From the NCBI GenBank assembly GCA_965222375.1, contig CBDCTZ010000016.1, positions 1,184,001-1,248,000 of the forward strand: 64,000 nucleotides of DNA, written 5' to 3'. Below the pieces are notes generated by a model. That model did no database searches. It had not been told where the DNA came from and saw nothing but the letters and a program-made list of their open reading frames with translations. The stretch is from Polyangiaceae bacterium. GTDB taxonomy: Bacteria; Myxococcota_A; Polyangia; Polyangiales; Polyangiaceae. Within the stretch, counting starts at the first letter, position 1. The number at the start of each line of letters is the position of its first letter. Both the position numbers and the translations under genes were made by a program. Below are positions 19,244 to 29,016 of this stretch, piece after piece.

Positions 19244-20395
19244 ATGACGCAACCGAATCTGCCCGGCAACCCCAACGCACCCCAAGCCAACCTCCAGCTC
19301 AGCGGAGGCGCAGCCATCGTGGCTCCGGTATCGGCGTTTCCGGGCGGCGTTCCCGGCAACGCCCTCGTCGTTCTTCCTCTCACCAAGCCAGACGACAAGC
19401 TGGCAGATGCGATGAAAGAGGGGCCCGTCGCCATCGAGCTGGAAAACATGTGGGAGCTCTTGGGCTTCAACGGGCCAGCGGTGCAGGTGCAGGATGCAGA
19501 TGGGCGACCCATCGCGATCGGTCTCGAGGATCTCCTTTCGGGCCTCGAGAAGCATTGGCAAGAGTCGAAAGAAGATCTGAACCGGGGCCGTCTCTACGCT
19601 CAGGAGTTGATGAAGTACGGGCGCTTCGAGCGAGCCGAAAAGGTGATGGCCAAGGTCGTTGCCGGCGGCGGAACCGGTGAGGACTGGCTGGGCCTGGGCG
19701 TCGCGCAAATTCAGCAGGAGAAGTGGGAGAAGGCCGAGGGCACCTTGAAGGGGGCGCAGAACCTCCTCGCCGACAATCCGTTCCCGTCCTTGCATCTCGC
19801 CAAAGCTCTCAAGGGCAAGGGCGACACCGAGGGCGAACGGGACTGCATCGAGCGGGCCTTGAGCATCGACGTGAACTGTGTTGACGCTTGGGCTTACCTC
19901 TACTCCACGGTCCGCGAATCCGAGGATGAGGCAAAGGCGATCAAGACAGTGACGGAGTTGGCGGATGCCGAGGCCAACAAGCGTACTGCCGCCCCGTACA
20001 TCGCGTTGCAGGGGTTCTACTCTGGGGAGGAAGAAACCCGAGACAAGGCCGTCGAATTCGCCAAGAAGGCCGTGGAGCGGAACTCCAACGACCCGCTGGC
20101 GCTGATCTGCCTGTCCGCGCTGTACGGTCAGCAAGGTGACCTGCCAGCGGTGCTCAAGCTGCTGCAGCCTCACGAGGCCAAGATGGCTCAGGACGTGCGC
20201 CTGGCGAACAACTACTTCGAAGCACTTTTTCAGGCGAAGGAGATCGACAAGGTCACCAAGCTGCTCAATGCCCTCGCCGGTTCGCCGAACAAAGAGGTCA
20301 AGCAGTTCGCCATCGAGCGCTCGCGCGCCGTGGCTCAGTACCTCCAGTCCCAACAGGCCCAGCTGGCCGGTGCTGGGGCTGGGGCGCCGAGCTGA
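19244..20395 (+). CDS. Tetratricopeptide-repeat protein
   Basis: GGAGG RBS before ATG 19244; TPR patterns WLGLGVAQIQQEKWEKAE, LICLSALYGQQG. Confidence 0.8.
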   Translation: MTQPNLPGNPNAPQANLQLSGGAAIVAPVSAFPGGVPGNALVVLPLTKPDDKLADAMKEGPVAIELENMWELLGFNGPAVQVQDADGRPIAIGLEDLLSGLEKHWQESKEDLNRGRLYAQELMKYGRFERAEKVMAKVVAGGGTGEDWLGLGVAQIQQEKWEKAEGTLKGAQNLLADNPFPSLHLAKALKGKGDTEGERDCIERALSIDVNCVDAWAYLYSTVRESEDEAKAIKTVTELADAEANKRTAAPYIALQGFYSGEEETRDKAVEFAKKAVERNSNDPLALICLSALYGQQGDLPAVLKLLQPHEAKMAQDVRLANNYFEALFQAKEIDKVTKLLNALAGSPNKEVKQFAIERSRAVAQYLQSQQAQLAGAGAGAPS

Positions 20396-20415
20396 CAAGC
20401 TCCTCGGAAGGTCGC

Positions 20416-21702
20416 TTGCACGTTAGTTGGCCTCCTGGCCTCCACTCCGATGAAATTTCGAGTGTGGAGCCGGGTTGCGTCATCGCTGGGAAGTACCGGG
20501 TCACCCATCGCCTAGGCGAGGGTGGAATGGCAGAGGTGTGGGCCGCGCGGAACTTGCTCACGGATCGCGAATTCGCCATCAAGCTGGTTCTGCCTTCACT
20601 GGCCCGGCGCCCGGGTATCGTTGAGCGCTTCCTACAGGAAGCACGTGCAACCGGACGGCTCAACCATCCGGCCATCGTTGATGTCTTCGATGTGGGGCAG
20701 GCCGAAGATGGGCGGCCGTTCATGGTGATGGAGCTTCTCGAGGGCTGCACCCTCGACCAGCACCTCACGGGCCGAGGCCCGGTGGACCCACTGACGGCGT
20801 GCGTGTGGATCGCCCGGGTGGCGCGAGCTTTGGACTTGGCGCACCGCGCTGGCGTCGTGCACCGGGACTTGTCGTCGGCGAATGTGTTCTTGGTTTCGTC
20901 TCGCACGGGTCAGGCGGGGCCGAAGATTTTGGATTTCGGCGTGAGCAAGCTCATGGGGCAGCTCGAGGAGCGGGTCCAGACCGACAGCGGGAGCGTGGTC
21001 GGATCCCCCGCGTATATGAGCCCAGAGCAAGCACAGGGGTCTGACGAGGTGGATGCTCGCACGGATGTGTGGGCGTTGGGTGTGCTGCTCTACGAAAGCT
21101 TGACCGGGACAACGCCTTTCAAGGGCCGCAATTACAACGCCCTCATGCTCGCGATCATGACGACGCCGCACTGCTCTGTGCGTCAGCTGCGCCCCGAGGT
21201 CCCCGAGGCCCTCTGCGACTTGATTCAGGGTTGCCTGGTCAAAGATCCCGGTGCGCGACTCGGCTCGGCCTTCGAGGCCGCTCGAGCCTTGGAAGGGATT
21301 TCCGGGATACTGGCTGGTGGCCGGGATGCCCCGGGTCCTCGTCGGCGTGCGGCGGATCGACTGCCGCTCCCTGTCCAGGGGGTGACCCAGCCTGAAGTGC
21401 CTGCTGCGGTGTTCTCCCCGGCTGTTCGCGCTTGGCGCCGTCTGCGGCGTACCCGTGGGGTCGCGAGCGTGTGCTTGGCGGCCTCGAGTACCTTCTTGGG
21501 CGTCGGCGTGGGCTCTGCCTGGTCAAACGCGACGCGGCCCGCTCCAGCGCTCCAGGTTGGACTGGTCACCGGCCCCATGCCGGAGGCGCAACCCGCACCG
21601 GCGCACGTCTCGACCGCCCGCGTAGTCTCGGCCGAACGCGATCTGGTTCGCGCCGCTGCCAGGGGCCTGGGGCTGGACCAACGTATCGCTCACCGCAAGT
21701 GA
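20416..21702 (+). CDS. Ser/Thr protein kinase
   Basis: LGEGGMAEV, AIK, HRDLSSAN, DFG, YMSPE, DVWALG. Confidence 0.92.
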   Translation: MHVSWPPGLHSDEISSVEPGCVIAGKYRVTHRLGEGGMAEVWAARNLLTDREFAIKLVLPSLARRPGIVERFLQEARATGRLNHPAIVDVFDVGQAEDGRPFMVMELLEGCTLDQHLTGRGPVDPLTACVWIARVARALDLAHRAGVVHRDLSSANVFLVSSRTGQAGPKILDFGVSKLMGQLEERVQTDSGSVVGSPAYMSPEQAQGSDEVDARTDVWALGVLLYESLTGTTPFKGRNYNALMLAIMTTPHCSVRQLRPEVPEALCDLIQGCLVKDPGARLGSAFEAARALEGISGILAGGRDAPGPRRRAADRLPLPVQGVTQPEVPAAVFSPAVRAWRRLRRTRGVASVCLAASSTFLGVGVGSAWSNATRPAPALQVGLVTGPMPEAQPAPAHVSTARVVSAERDLVRAAARGLGLDQRIAHRK

Positions 21703-21747
21703 GTGGGGCCTAAGTTGGCGATTTGACAGGGCTCCCCTAGGCGGATC

Positions 21748-22491
21748 ATGATCCACGTCATGAAGCTCACCCGCACAGCATTCGCTAGTGGATTGGTCTT
21801 GACCCTCGGCCTGAGCGGGCTGGCGGGTTGCGGCAGTGACGACGACGGCCCCGGATCGACGACCGGAGGCACCGGTGGCGGTGCTACGGGCGGTAGCGCA
21901 GGCGCATCGGGGGGGCAGGGGGGCGCCGCGACGGGCGGACAAGGCGGAGCCTCGGGGGGCGCCGGTGGTGCTAGCGGTGGCCAGGGTGGCAGTGCTGGGG
22001 CACCCGCGGGTTGCGTGAGCTACTGCGATACCATCCAGACCAATTGCGCGGGTGGCGACATGCAGTACCCGAGCAAAGACGCCTGCCTCAAAGTCTGCGC
22101 GTTGTTCCCGCCGGGCCTCGCAAACGACCAGTCCGGGAACTCGCTGGCCTGCCGCACCTACCACGCGACGGCCGCGGCATCGGACTCGAAGCTACACTGC
22201 CCACACGCTGGCCCCTCGGGTGCAGGAACCTGCGGTACGGGTTGCGAGGGGTATTGCAACATCATGCTTCCAACCTGCAACAGCGAGTTCACTGGAATCA
22301 CAGACTGCGTCGCCAAGTGCGCTCTGTACACCGGCGCTAGCGCCACGGACTACAACACCAGTTTCGTTTCTGGGGATTCCCTGAACTGCCGCATTTATCA
22401 TGCGACGGTGGCAGCGTCGGATCCAGCTGGGGGCACGGCGACGATTCATTGCCCCCATTCCGGTGTTAAGCCGACAGACCAGTGTCTCTAA
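21748..22491 (+). CDS. Gly-rich lipoprotein with two Cys/His-rich repeats
   Basis: Lipobox LAGC; CRTYHA..HCPH and CRIYHA..HCPH. Confidence 0.75.
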   Translation: MIHVMKLTRTAFASGLVLTLGLSGLAGCGSDDDGPGSTTGGTGGGATGGSAGASGGQGGAATGGQGGASGGAGGASGGQGGSAGAPAGCVSYCDTIQTNCAGGDMQYPSKDACLKVCALFPPGLANDQSGNSLACRTYHATAAASDSKLHCPHAGPSGAGTCGTGCEGYCNIMLPTCNSEFTGITDCVAKCALYTGASATDYNTSFVSGDSLNCRIYHATVAASDPAGGTATIHCPHSGVKPTDQCL

Positions 22492-22991
22492 GCTTTGCTC
22501 GCGGCGTCTCGCTGCTTGGGATCTGGGCGCTGGTGAGCGCGTGTGTCGAGCACGATCCCAAGCTCGAGCGCGTTGGCGGTACGCCCGGAGTTGGTGCCAG
22601 TGGTGGCGCCGGTGGCGGAGCTGCGGGCAGCGCCGGGGCGAGTGGAGCTGGGGGGCAGGCGGGCGCCGCTGGCGGCTGCTTTCCTTCGCTGGCCAACCCC
22701 ACTCTGCCCTGCGACGTGGAAGCGGCGCTGAAGGCCAAATGCCAGCGCTGCCACGGCGAACCGACAGTCAACGGCGCGCCCTTCCCGCTGCTCACTTGGG
22801 CGGACACCCAGGCCGACTACTTCGACAAGCCCATCCACGAGCGCATGGCTTCGGTCGTGGACAGCAACTTCATGCCGGCCACCTTCCTGATCCTGAATCC
22901 TCCTGTGGAGGAGCTGACGCCTGCGGAAAAGACCACCCTGCTCGACTGGCTAGCCTGCCCCAAGCCCGAGGATGGCGTGGTTTGTCCCTGA
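22482..22991 (+). CDS. Lipoprotein with a c-type heme motif
   Basis: Lipobox VSAC; CQRCH followed by a distal MP (candidate axial Met). Confidence 0.75.
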   Translation: MSLSFARGVSLLGIWALVSACVEHDPKLERVGGTPGVGASGGAGGGAAGSAGASGAGGQAGAAGGCFPSLANPTLPCDVEAALKAKCQRCHGEPTVNGAPFPLLTWADTQADYFDKPIHERMASVVDSNFMPATFLILNPPVEELTPAEKTTLLDWLACPKPEDGVVCP

Positions 22992-22993
22992 TT

Positions 22994-23026
22994 TCTGTGG
23001 GTCGGGCCTTGTGTGTCCGACCCAGA
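22994..23026. terminator. Hairpin after the lipoprotein pair, possible terminator
   Basis: TGGGTCGG...CCGACCCA inverted repeat without a U-tract. Confidence 0.4.
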
Positions 23027-23027
23027 A

Positions 23028-23056
23028 TTGACATCTGAACAACCGCGCAGTATGAG
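23028..23056 (+). promoter_or_regulatory. Sigma70-type recA promoter with a LexA-like box in the spacer
   Basis: TTGACA-N17-TATGAG; spacer holds CTGAACAACCGCGCAG (CTG-N10-CAG; reverse strand ends GTTCAG as in the Myxococcus LexA box). Confidence 0.75.
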
Positions 23057-23147
23057 CATGGACGTCCTAGGGCGCTAAAGCCCCGGGGTGGGCGCTCGCC
23101 CAGAGCGCAGTAGGCAGACGTGTCTCTAGAAACGAGAAGCGGAGCGG

Positions 23148-24257
23148 ATGATGGACGACAAGCAGAAGAACAAGGCCCTGGAAGTAGCGATTGCGAGCGT
23201 CGAAAAGGAGTTCGGCCGCGGCGCCATCATGCGCCTCAAAGAGGGCGAGAAGATCGGTGCTGACGTTGCCGTGGTGCCCTCGGGCTCCCTGGGTCTAGAC
23301 GTCGCCTTGGGTATCGGAGGCTATCCGCGAGGTCGGATCGTCGAGATCTACGGACCTGAGTCCAGTGGCAAGACCACTATGACTCTGCATGCCATTGCCA
23401 GTGTGCAGCGTCAGGGCGGAGTGGCTGCGTTCATCGACGCAGAGCACGCCCTGGACATCAACTACGCCAAGAGGCTCGGTGTGAAGACGGACGAGCTCCT
23501 CATCAGCCAACCGGACTATGGCGAGCAGGCGCTGGAGATCGGCGACATGCTCGTGCGATCCGGTGCGGTGGATCTGATCGTCGTAGACTCGGTGGCTGCC
23601 CTGGTGCCCAAAGCAGAAATCGAAGGCGATATGGGGGACTCTCACGTGGGGCTGCAAGCACGCCTCATGAGCCAAGCCCTGCGGAAGCTCACGGGCACAG
23701 TGTCACGTTCGCAGTGCCTGTTCTTCTTCACCAACCAGATTCGGATGAAGATTGGTGTGATGTTTGGCAGTCCTGAAACGACTTCAGGAGGCAATGCGCT
23801 CAAGTTCTATTCCTCGGTGCGCTTGGATGTGCGTCGAATCGGCGCCATCAAAGAGGCTTCTGGTGGCAAGGATATGACCGTGGTGGGTAACCGAACCCGC
23901 GTGAAGGTCGTGAAGAACAAGATGGCGCCGCCGTTCCGCGAGACGGAATTCGACATCCTGTACGGCTACGGTGTGTCGCGTTCAGGTGAGGTGCTCGACA
24001 TGGCCTCGGATCTGAACATCGTGCAGAAGAGCGGGGCTTGGTATTCCGCTGACGGTGAGCGAATTGGTCAGGGGCGCGACAATGCCCGCACCTACCTCGA
24101 AGAGCATCCCGAACTCTTGGCGACCCTCGAGCAAAAAGTGCTCAGGCATCATGGCATTGGCAAAGACCCAGAGGCGGATGCCAAGAGCAGCGACAAGCCT
24201 GAACCGTCCCCCAAGACGTCCAACGGCACCAGCAAGCGAAGCCCGGCGCGGGCCTGA
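23148..24257 (+). CDS. recA: Recombinase RecA
   Basis: [33 protein letters not shown]. Confidence 0.99.
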   Translation: MMDDKQKNKALEVAIASVEKEFGRGAIMRLKEGEKIGADVAVVPSGSLGLDVALGIGGYPRGRIVEIYGPESSGKTTMTLHAIASVQRQGGVAAFIDAEHALDINYAKRLGVKTDELLISQPDYGEQALEIGDMLVRSGAVDLIVVDSVAALVPKAEIEGDMGDSHVGLQARLMSQALRKLTGTVSRSQCLFFFTNQIRMKIGVMFGSPETTSGGNALKFYSSVRLDVRRIGAIKEASGGKDMTVVGNRTRVKVVKNKMAPPFRETEFDILYGYGVSRSGEVLDMASDLNIVQKSGAWYSADGERIGQGRDNARTYLEEHPELLATLEQKVLRHHGIGKDPEADAKSSDKPEPSPKTSNGTSKRSPARA

Positions 24258-24316
24258 CTTTCCCACCGCGGGCGGGGCGGCTGCGGCCTGCCGCTCCGCC
24301 TAGCGGCAGCTGCGGA

Positions 24317-25075
24317 CTAGAACTCGAGGGCGAGGCCCAAGGTCCAGCTATTGGAACCAACGTTCATCTGGTCGCCCCCAAAGCCGTCGAGCATGGACAC
24401 GGTCCATTCGATGAAGAGGTACGAGTTGTTGACGCCGGTGACGTTGTCCATCTCGACTGCACTTGTCCGATCGAGGGCATCCAAGAGCAGCATTCCGCCC
24501 AGGGCGTAGTGCAGCCCATAGGACGCGCCGCGCCCTTTCACGCCCGCGTCATCCTTCGAAGTGTCGCTGCCATCACCGGTCCACCACAAGGCGTACCCGA
24601 GACCGAGCTTTGCGTAGGGAACCAGCGGAATCGAGAATTCTCGGGAAAATACGTCTGCGCGCAACACCCCCACCACGTACATGGGCATGATTTCGAGAGT
24701 GGTCTCCTGAGCGGCGCGCCCAGTTCCGTCGGACAGGAACGCTTTCGCACCGAACTTCGTGTAGCCCCAGCCGAACCCTGGACCAAAGGTGCCCAGCCCT
24801 GGGATGCGCAGCGCTTGCCAATCCAGCTCGAAGCCGATGATGAAGCGGGTGTCGTTTCCGTAAGTGGACTCGAAGGGGGTCGCTCCGGAAAACTCGTTGT
24901 CGATTTGCGGCTGGTAGCGTCCGAGGCGGAACTCGAAGGCCGCATGCTGGGGCGACTCGTAGCCGCGGCGGCGCTCCATGCCGCCGTAGGCACCGAATTC
25001 ATCCGTACCTTGGGCCAGGGATGCGCCCGACGTCGTCACGAAGACGGCGCCGATGGCCAGAGCGAGGGGCCTCAT
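24317..25075 (-). CDS. MXAN_2562-family outer-membrane beta-barrel protein
   Basis: Signal peptide; ESPQ..FEFR.G.Y.P, ELDWQ, IPLVPYAKLG, C-terminal GLALEF; partner of a MYXO-CTERM protein. Confidence 0.75.
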   Translation of the reverse strand: MRPLALAIGAVFVTTSGASLAQGTDEFGAYGGMERRRGYESPQHAAFEFRLGRYQPQIDNEFSGATPFESTYGNDTRFIIGFELDWQALRIPGLGTFGPGFGWGYTKFGAKAFLSDGTGRAAQETTLEIMPMYVVGVLRADVFSREFSIPLVPYAKLGLGYALWWTGDGSDTSKDDAGVKGRGASYGLHYALGGMLLLDALDRTSAVEMDNVTGVNNSYLFIEWTVSMLDGFGGDQMNVGSNSWTLGLALEF

Positions 25076-26289
25076 CTGCGATGTCTCCGACGCAAGGCCA
25101 GGGCAAGTGCCCCCGCCATCAGCAGCCCCAGCAGGCTGAAGTTGCGGGTGGTGCTGACGCTGCAGAAACCGCCACCGCCCTTGCCTCCCGCACGGCGATA
25201 CAACTCGAAGAAGTCGTCGACTTCTTGCGGGGTTCCACAAATGACTTCTGAGAGCGGACCCGAGTTGCCCGCCGTATCCACCGCTGCCACGGCCACGGCG
25301 TAGTTGGTGCCGTTGAGGAGGCTGCGCGCTTCACCGGAGTCGGCGAAAGCGCTCTCGATGAACGCGCACTGGTATTTGCTCTCGGGGCGGGCGCCAGACA
25401 CCAAGGCCGACGGACAATTGGGGTTGCCTGTGCCGGTTGTGCCTCCCGTTCCAGCGCTGCCAGCGCTACCAGCGCTACCAGCGCTACCCGCGCTACCAGC
25501 GCTACCAGCGGCTCCAGCGCTACCAGCGGCTCCAGCGCTACCAGCGGCTCCAGCGCTACCAGCGGCTCCAGCGCTACCAGCGGCTCCGGCGCTGCCCGCA
25601 TCCACGCCCGGCCCCATGGGCTGATTCGCCGGGCTCGATGCTGCGGCTCCGGGAGGGGGATCACAGTAGATACGGTAGCCAGCCAAGTCCTCGGCGGACG
25701 ACGGTTCCCAACTGACGACGAGCCGGTTTTCTCCGACCCCAGCACTGACATCATCGGGTGCGGCTGGCCCGGAGAGATCGACTTTGACTTCATCGAAGGT
25801 GACGTGGGTCTTCACCGTGTCGCCGTCGATGAGCATGAAATACAACGTGACCTTCTGCCCCCCGGTGGGAAGGTCCGTGCGCTCGCAAGAGTCGATGCTG
25901 CCAGTGGCCGGTCCCGTTTCTGCGACGACGTCTTGAACCGACACGGTAACGGTTTCGGTTCCGTCGTTGTCCGGGCTCGAGTTGGTGTAGACCTTCCAGC
26001 ACTGACCGTCACTGCGCACTTTGCTGTCGGTGCAGTCGCTACCCTGTCCGACCCAAACCTCGAGGACGGAGCCGCCAAAACCCGACAGGGTCACGTTCCA
26101 GGAGAAGACGTCGTTCTTCAGACAATCGTCGTAGTTCATCCAGGCGCGGCTCGGGCCGTCGTTCAGTCGGTCTTCCAGCGCGCGGTCGAAGACGACCGGT
26201 AGCGTGATGGTCTGGGCGGTCGCCACGCTGCTGAGGATGAGCACGGCCAGCCCGATGCACATGGCGGCCCAGGGGCGGAAAGCGGGCAT
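25072..26289 (-). CDS. Fibronectin-III-like surface protein with MYXO-CTERM sorting signal
   Basis: Signal peptide, LVVSW..DLAGYRIY, AVAAVDTAGN, C-terminal GGGFCSV-hydrophobic-RRRHRR. Confidence 0.8.
   Translation of the reverse strand: MPAFRPWAAMCIGLAVLILSSVATAQTITLPVVFDRALEDRLNDGPSRAWMNYDDCLKNDVFSWNVTLSGFGGSVLEVWVGQGSDCTDSKVRSDGQCWKVYTNSSPDNDGTETVTVSVQDVVAETGPATGSIDSCERTDLPTGGQKVTLYFMLIDGDTVKTHVTFDEVKVDLSGPAAPDDVSAGVGENRLVVSWEPSSAEDLAGYRIYCDPPPGAAASSPANQPMGPGVDAGSAGAAGSAGAAGSAGAAGSAGAAGSAGAAGSAGSAGSAGSAGSAGSAGTGGTTGTGNPNCPSALVSGARPESKYQCAFIESAFADSGEARSLLNGTNYAVAVAAVDTAGNSGPLSEVICGTPQEVDDFFELYRRAGGKGGGGFCSVSTTRNFSLLGLLMAGALALALRRRHRR
25451..25595. repeat. 9/18-bp tandem coding repeat (GSA/GAA)n
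   Basis: ccagcgcta and ccagcggct units repeated in tandem. Confidence 0.85.
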
Positions 26290-26481
26290 GGGAGGGTTAA
26301 TGAGCATATCGCGTGCCACACGGCAATTGTTGTGATGTGGGCAAGAGCCAGGAAGGAGTTTTCGCCCGCTCCGCCACGATGTCGCGGGTGGGCCAGCCTC
26401 TGACATTCTGTCACGTTCCGTGCTCGGGCGCCCCAAGCCGCCGCGGTCGCCAGGCGGGGGCAAGGGCGTTAGGGTCTGCGG

Positions 26482-28785
26482 GTGCAGCAGGGTGCTTCCC
26501 CGTCGCTCGAAGTGAGCTCAGGACCGCGCGGGGGTACCGTGGTGCGAGTCAGAGCGGTGCCCGTGGGTGCAGATACCGATCTGGATGCGGCACTCACGCC
26601 CCTTCGACGAGCTCTGTTCGGACTCTCGGGAATCGTTGCTCCGAACGGAGTTAGTCCCGAATCCGACGGCCTGTCGCTCAGCTACCCGCTGCCCGCGGAT
26701 ACCCCGAACCTTGCCGATCACCCACCCTTGGACGCACTGCCCGTGGCGATCGAGCTGTGCCAGGCGGTGGGAGAGCTTCACGATCGTGGGTTTTCTCACG
26801 GCGCCATCGATCCGCGTTTGATCTTCGTCACTTCGAACGGCGTTCGCATTTTGGGCGCTGGACTGGCCGAGCTCATACGCGCCACGAGCGGCGCTGAGGC
26901 GCCTAGTGCCGTAGGTACGCGTCTAGTCGCGCCCGAAACCAGCGGCGGCGCGGCACCGAGTGCGCGGAGCGACGTTTATGCGCTGGGACACATTGTCGGC
27001 GAGGTACTGGGGCTCTCCTCGGGGCCAGCGCAAGAGGTCGTCGCCGCCGCGACAGCTCAAGAGCCTCGTGGGCGGCCTGTGGACGCTTGGGCATTGCGCG
27101 ACGCTCTGAAGCAGGTCCGCGATGCACCTGCACCCGAACCGACGCCGCCAAAACAAGCACCGGAGCCCGAGCCCGTCGCTGCGCCCCCTCCGGCACCCGA
27201 GCCTCCGTCACCGGAGCCCGAGCCCGCTCCGAACTTGGTCCCAGCGCCCCAACTGCCAGCGGTCGCACCCAAGTCCAACCCACTGTGGCCGATTCTGTTC
27301 ATGCTCGGTGGTGGGCTGTTGCTGCTGCTGGGTTTCGCAGGTGTCTTCGCCTACGCGTTCATGCGCCCCCGCCCCCCTGCGGTGACCGCGCCATCTGCTG
27401 GGACGGCCACGCCCCCGGTCGCTGTCCCGGCGCCTCCACCGCTGCCCAGCCCGACCCCATCCAGCCCCCACGAGCCCGCGGAGCCTGCCGAACCCAACCA
27501 GTCGGATCGACCCGATGCGACCCCTCCTGCGTCGCAAGCGACTGGCCCCGGCCCCGCCGCGGGCGGCAAGCTCCCGGGTAGTGGGGCGCCGCTGCCCGTC
27601 AGTTCGGACCTGCCGATGCAAGGCGCAGCCAATACTGCGGTGACTCTGGTGTTCTTCGGAGATTTGGCCTGCCCGCATACGCGACGCAACGTCGGCGCGG
27701 TGCGCAAGTTGCGCACCGCGTTCCCCTCCGACCTGCGGATCGTCTTTCGCCATCGCCCCTTGCCGCAGCACTCCCACGCGCGCTCTGCTGCGCACATCGC
27801 TGCTGGCGTGCATCTCGACCATGGCAGCGACGCTTTCTTCGGTTTTCTGCAGACCCTGAGCACGGATCTGGGCAACGCCAACAGTCGCGAAGTGAAAGAG
27901 GCGCTGAGTCGAGTGCGTATTCCCCATTTGGATTCCTGGCAGAAGGATCCTCGTGTCAAGCGACGCGTTGAAGACGACGAACGCTGGGCTGGACTGTTTG
28001 CCGTGCGGCGCACCCCAACCTTCTTCATCAACGGTCTGCGCATGGATGGCTTCCAGAGCTACCGTGCTCTCGAAACCCAGATAAAAAAGGAGCGCGCGGC
28101 GGCCCGAAGCCTGTCCGCCCAAGGCGTCGCCGAAAGCCGCATCTATCTTGCGCGCACCCGCAAGAACATGATCGGCATTGGTTTGGACGTGCCAGAGCGG
28201 ACCTGTCCTCGGGTCTCGTCGCAGCCGGCGCGGGGCGCATCCAAGCCTCTGGTGACGATCGTAGAGTTTTCTGACTTCCAGTGCCGCTATTGCAAGCGAG
28301 TCGCGCCTGCGCTGGACCAAGTGCTTGCCAAGCGTGGAGGCGACGTGCGTTTGGTATGGCGAAACTTCCCGCTATCGAATCACTCCCGCGCCCGGGCGGC
28401 CGCGACTCTCGCCATCGAGGCTCATTCGGAGCTGGGCGGGACCGCTTTTTGGCAAGCCCACGATCAGCTATTCGACACCCAAAGCGATCTGAGCGATCCG
28501 GCGCTGATGAAGATTGCCCGAGCTTTAGGCCTGGACCCGAAGGCGACCCTCAACGCCGTTCATACTGATGCGCACGCTTCCACGCTTCGGGCTGACATCA
28601 CCGAGGGCCTTCGGGTCGGCGTGCGCGGAACCCCCGCCCTGTACATCAATGGCCGGAGTGTGGCTGGTGCCCGCAAAGCCAAGGAGCTGCTGCGCATCGT
28701 GGACGAGGAAATCGAATGGGCGCGCCGCTTGACCCGGGGTGGCACGCCACGCCATCGGATCTACTCCACGGTATGCGGTAGCTAG
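26482..28785 (+). CDS. Degenerate kinase-like domain, TM helix, two DsbA/thioredoxin domains
   Basis: HGAIDP, VAPE, SDVYALG; TM LWPILFMLGG...; GDLACPHT..TPTFFING and SDFQCRYC..GTPALYING. Confidence 0.8.
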   Translation: MQQGASPSLEVSSGPRGGTVVRVRAVPVGADTDLDAALTPLRRALFGLSGIVAPNGVSPESDGLSLSYPLPADTPNLADHPPLDALPVAIELCQAVGELHDRGFSHGAIDPRLIFVTSNGVRILGAGLAELIRATSGAEAPSAVGTRLVAPETSGGAAPSARSDVYALGHIVGEVLGLSSGPAQEVVAAATAQEPRGRPVDAWALRDALKQVRDAPAPEPTPPKQAPEPEPVAAPPPAPEPPSPEPEPAPNLVPAPQLPAVAPKSNPLWPILFMLGGGLLLLLGFAGVFAYAFMRPRPPAVTAPSAGTATPPVAVPAPPPLPSPTPSSPHEPAEPAEPNQSDRPDATPPASQATGPGPAAGGKLPGSGAPLPVSSDLPMQGAANTAVTLVFFGDLACPHTRRNVGAVRKLRTAFPSDLRIVFRHRPLPQHSHARSAAHIAAGVHLDHGSDAFFGFLQTLSTDLGNANSREVKEALSRVRIPHLDSWQKDPRVKRRVEDDERWAGLFAVRRTPTFFINGLRMDGFQSYRALETQIKKERAAARSLSAQGVAESRIYLARTRKNMIGIGLDVPERTCPRVSSQPARGASKPLVTIVEFSDFQCRYCKRVAPALDQVLAKRGGDVRLVWRNFPLSNHSRARAAATLAIEAHSELGGTAFWQAHDQLFDTQSDLSDPALMKIARALGLDPKATLNAVHTDAHASTLRADITEGLRVGVRGTPALYINGRSVAGARKAKELLRIVDEEIEWARRLTRGGTPRHRIYSTVCGS

Positions 28786-29016
28786 CCCCGCGGGCTTCTT
28801 CAGCTCCTGGAGTTCGTGACGCAGTGTCTGGCGTCAAGTATTGGCGGCGCCCGTCGGTCGGCCTCGTCAGGGTTCGCGAAGAACCGGAATTGCGAGCGGC
28901 GACGCATTGTCGCTCGACACAGGCCCGTCGACTCGTGTGATACTAGCTGTCGAGGGGAGTGGTGTGCAGCGGCTGCTGCTGTCGCCGTCGATCCCGTTAC
29001 AGTGGGAGGGTTCAAC

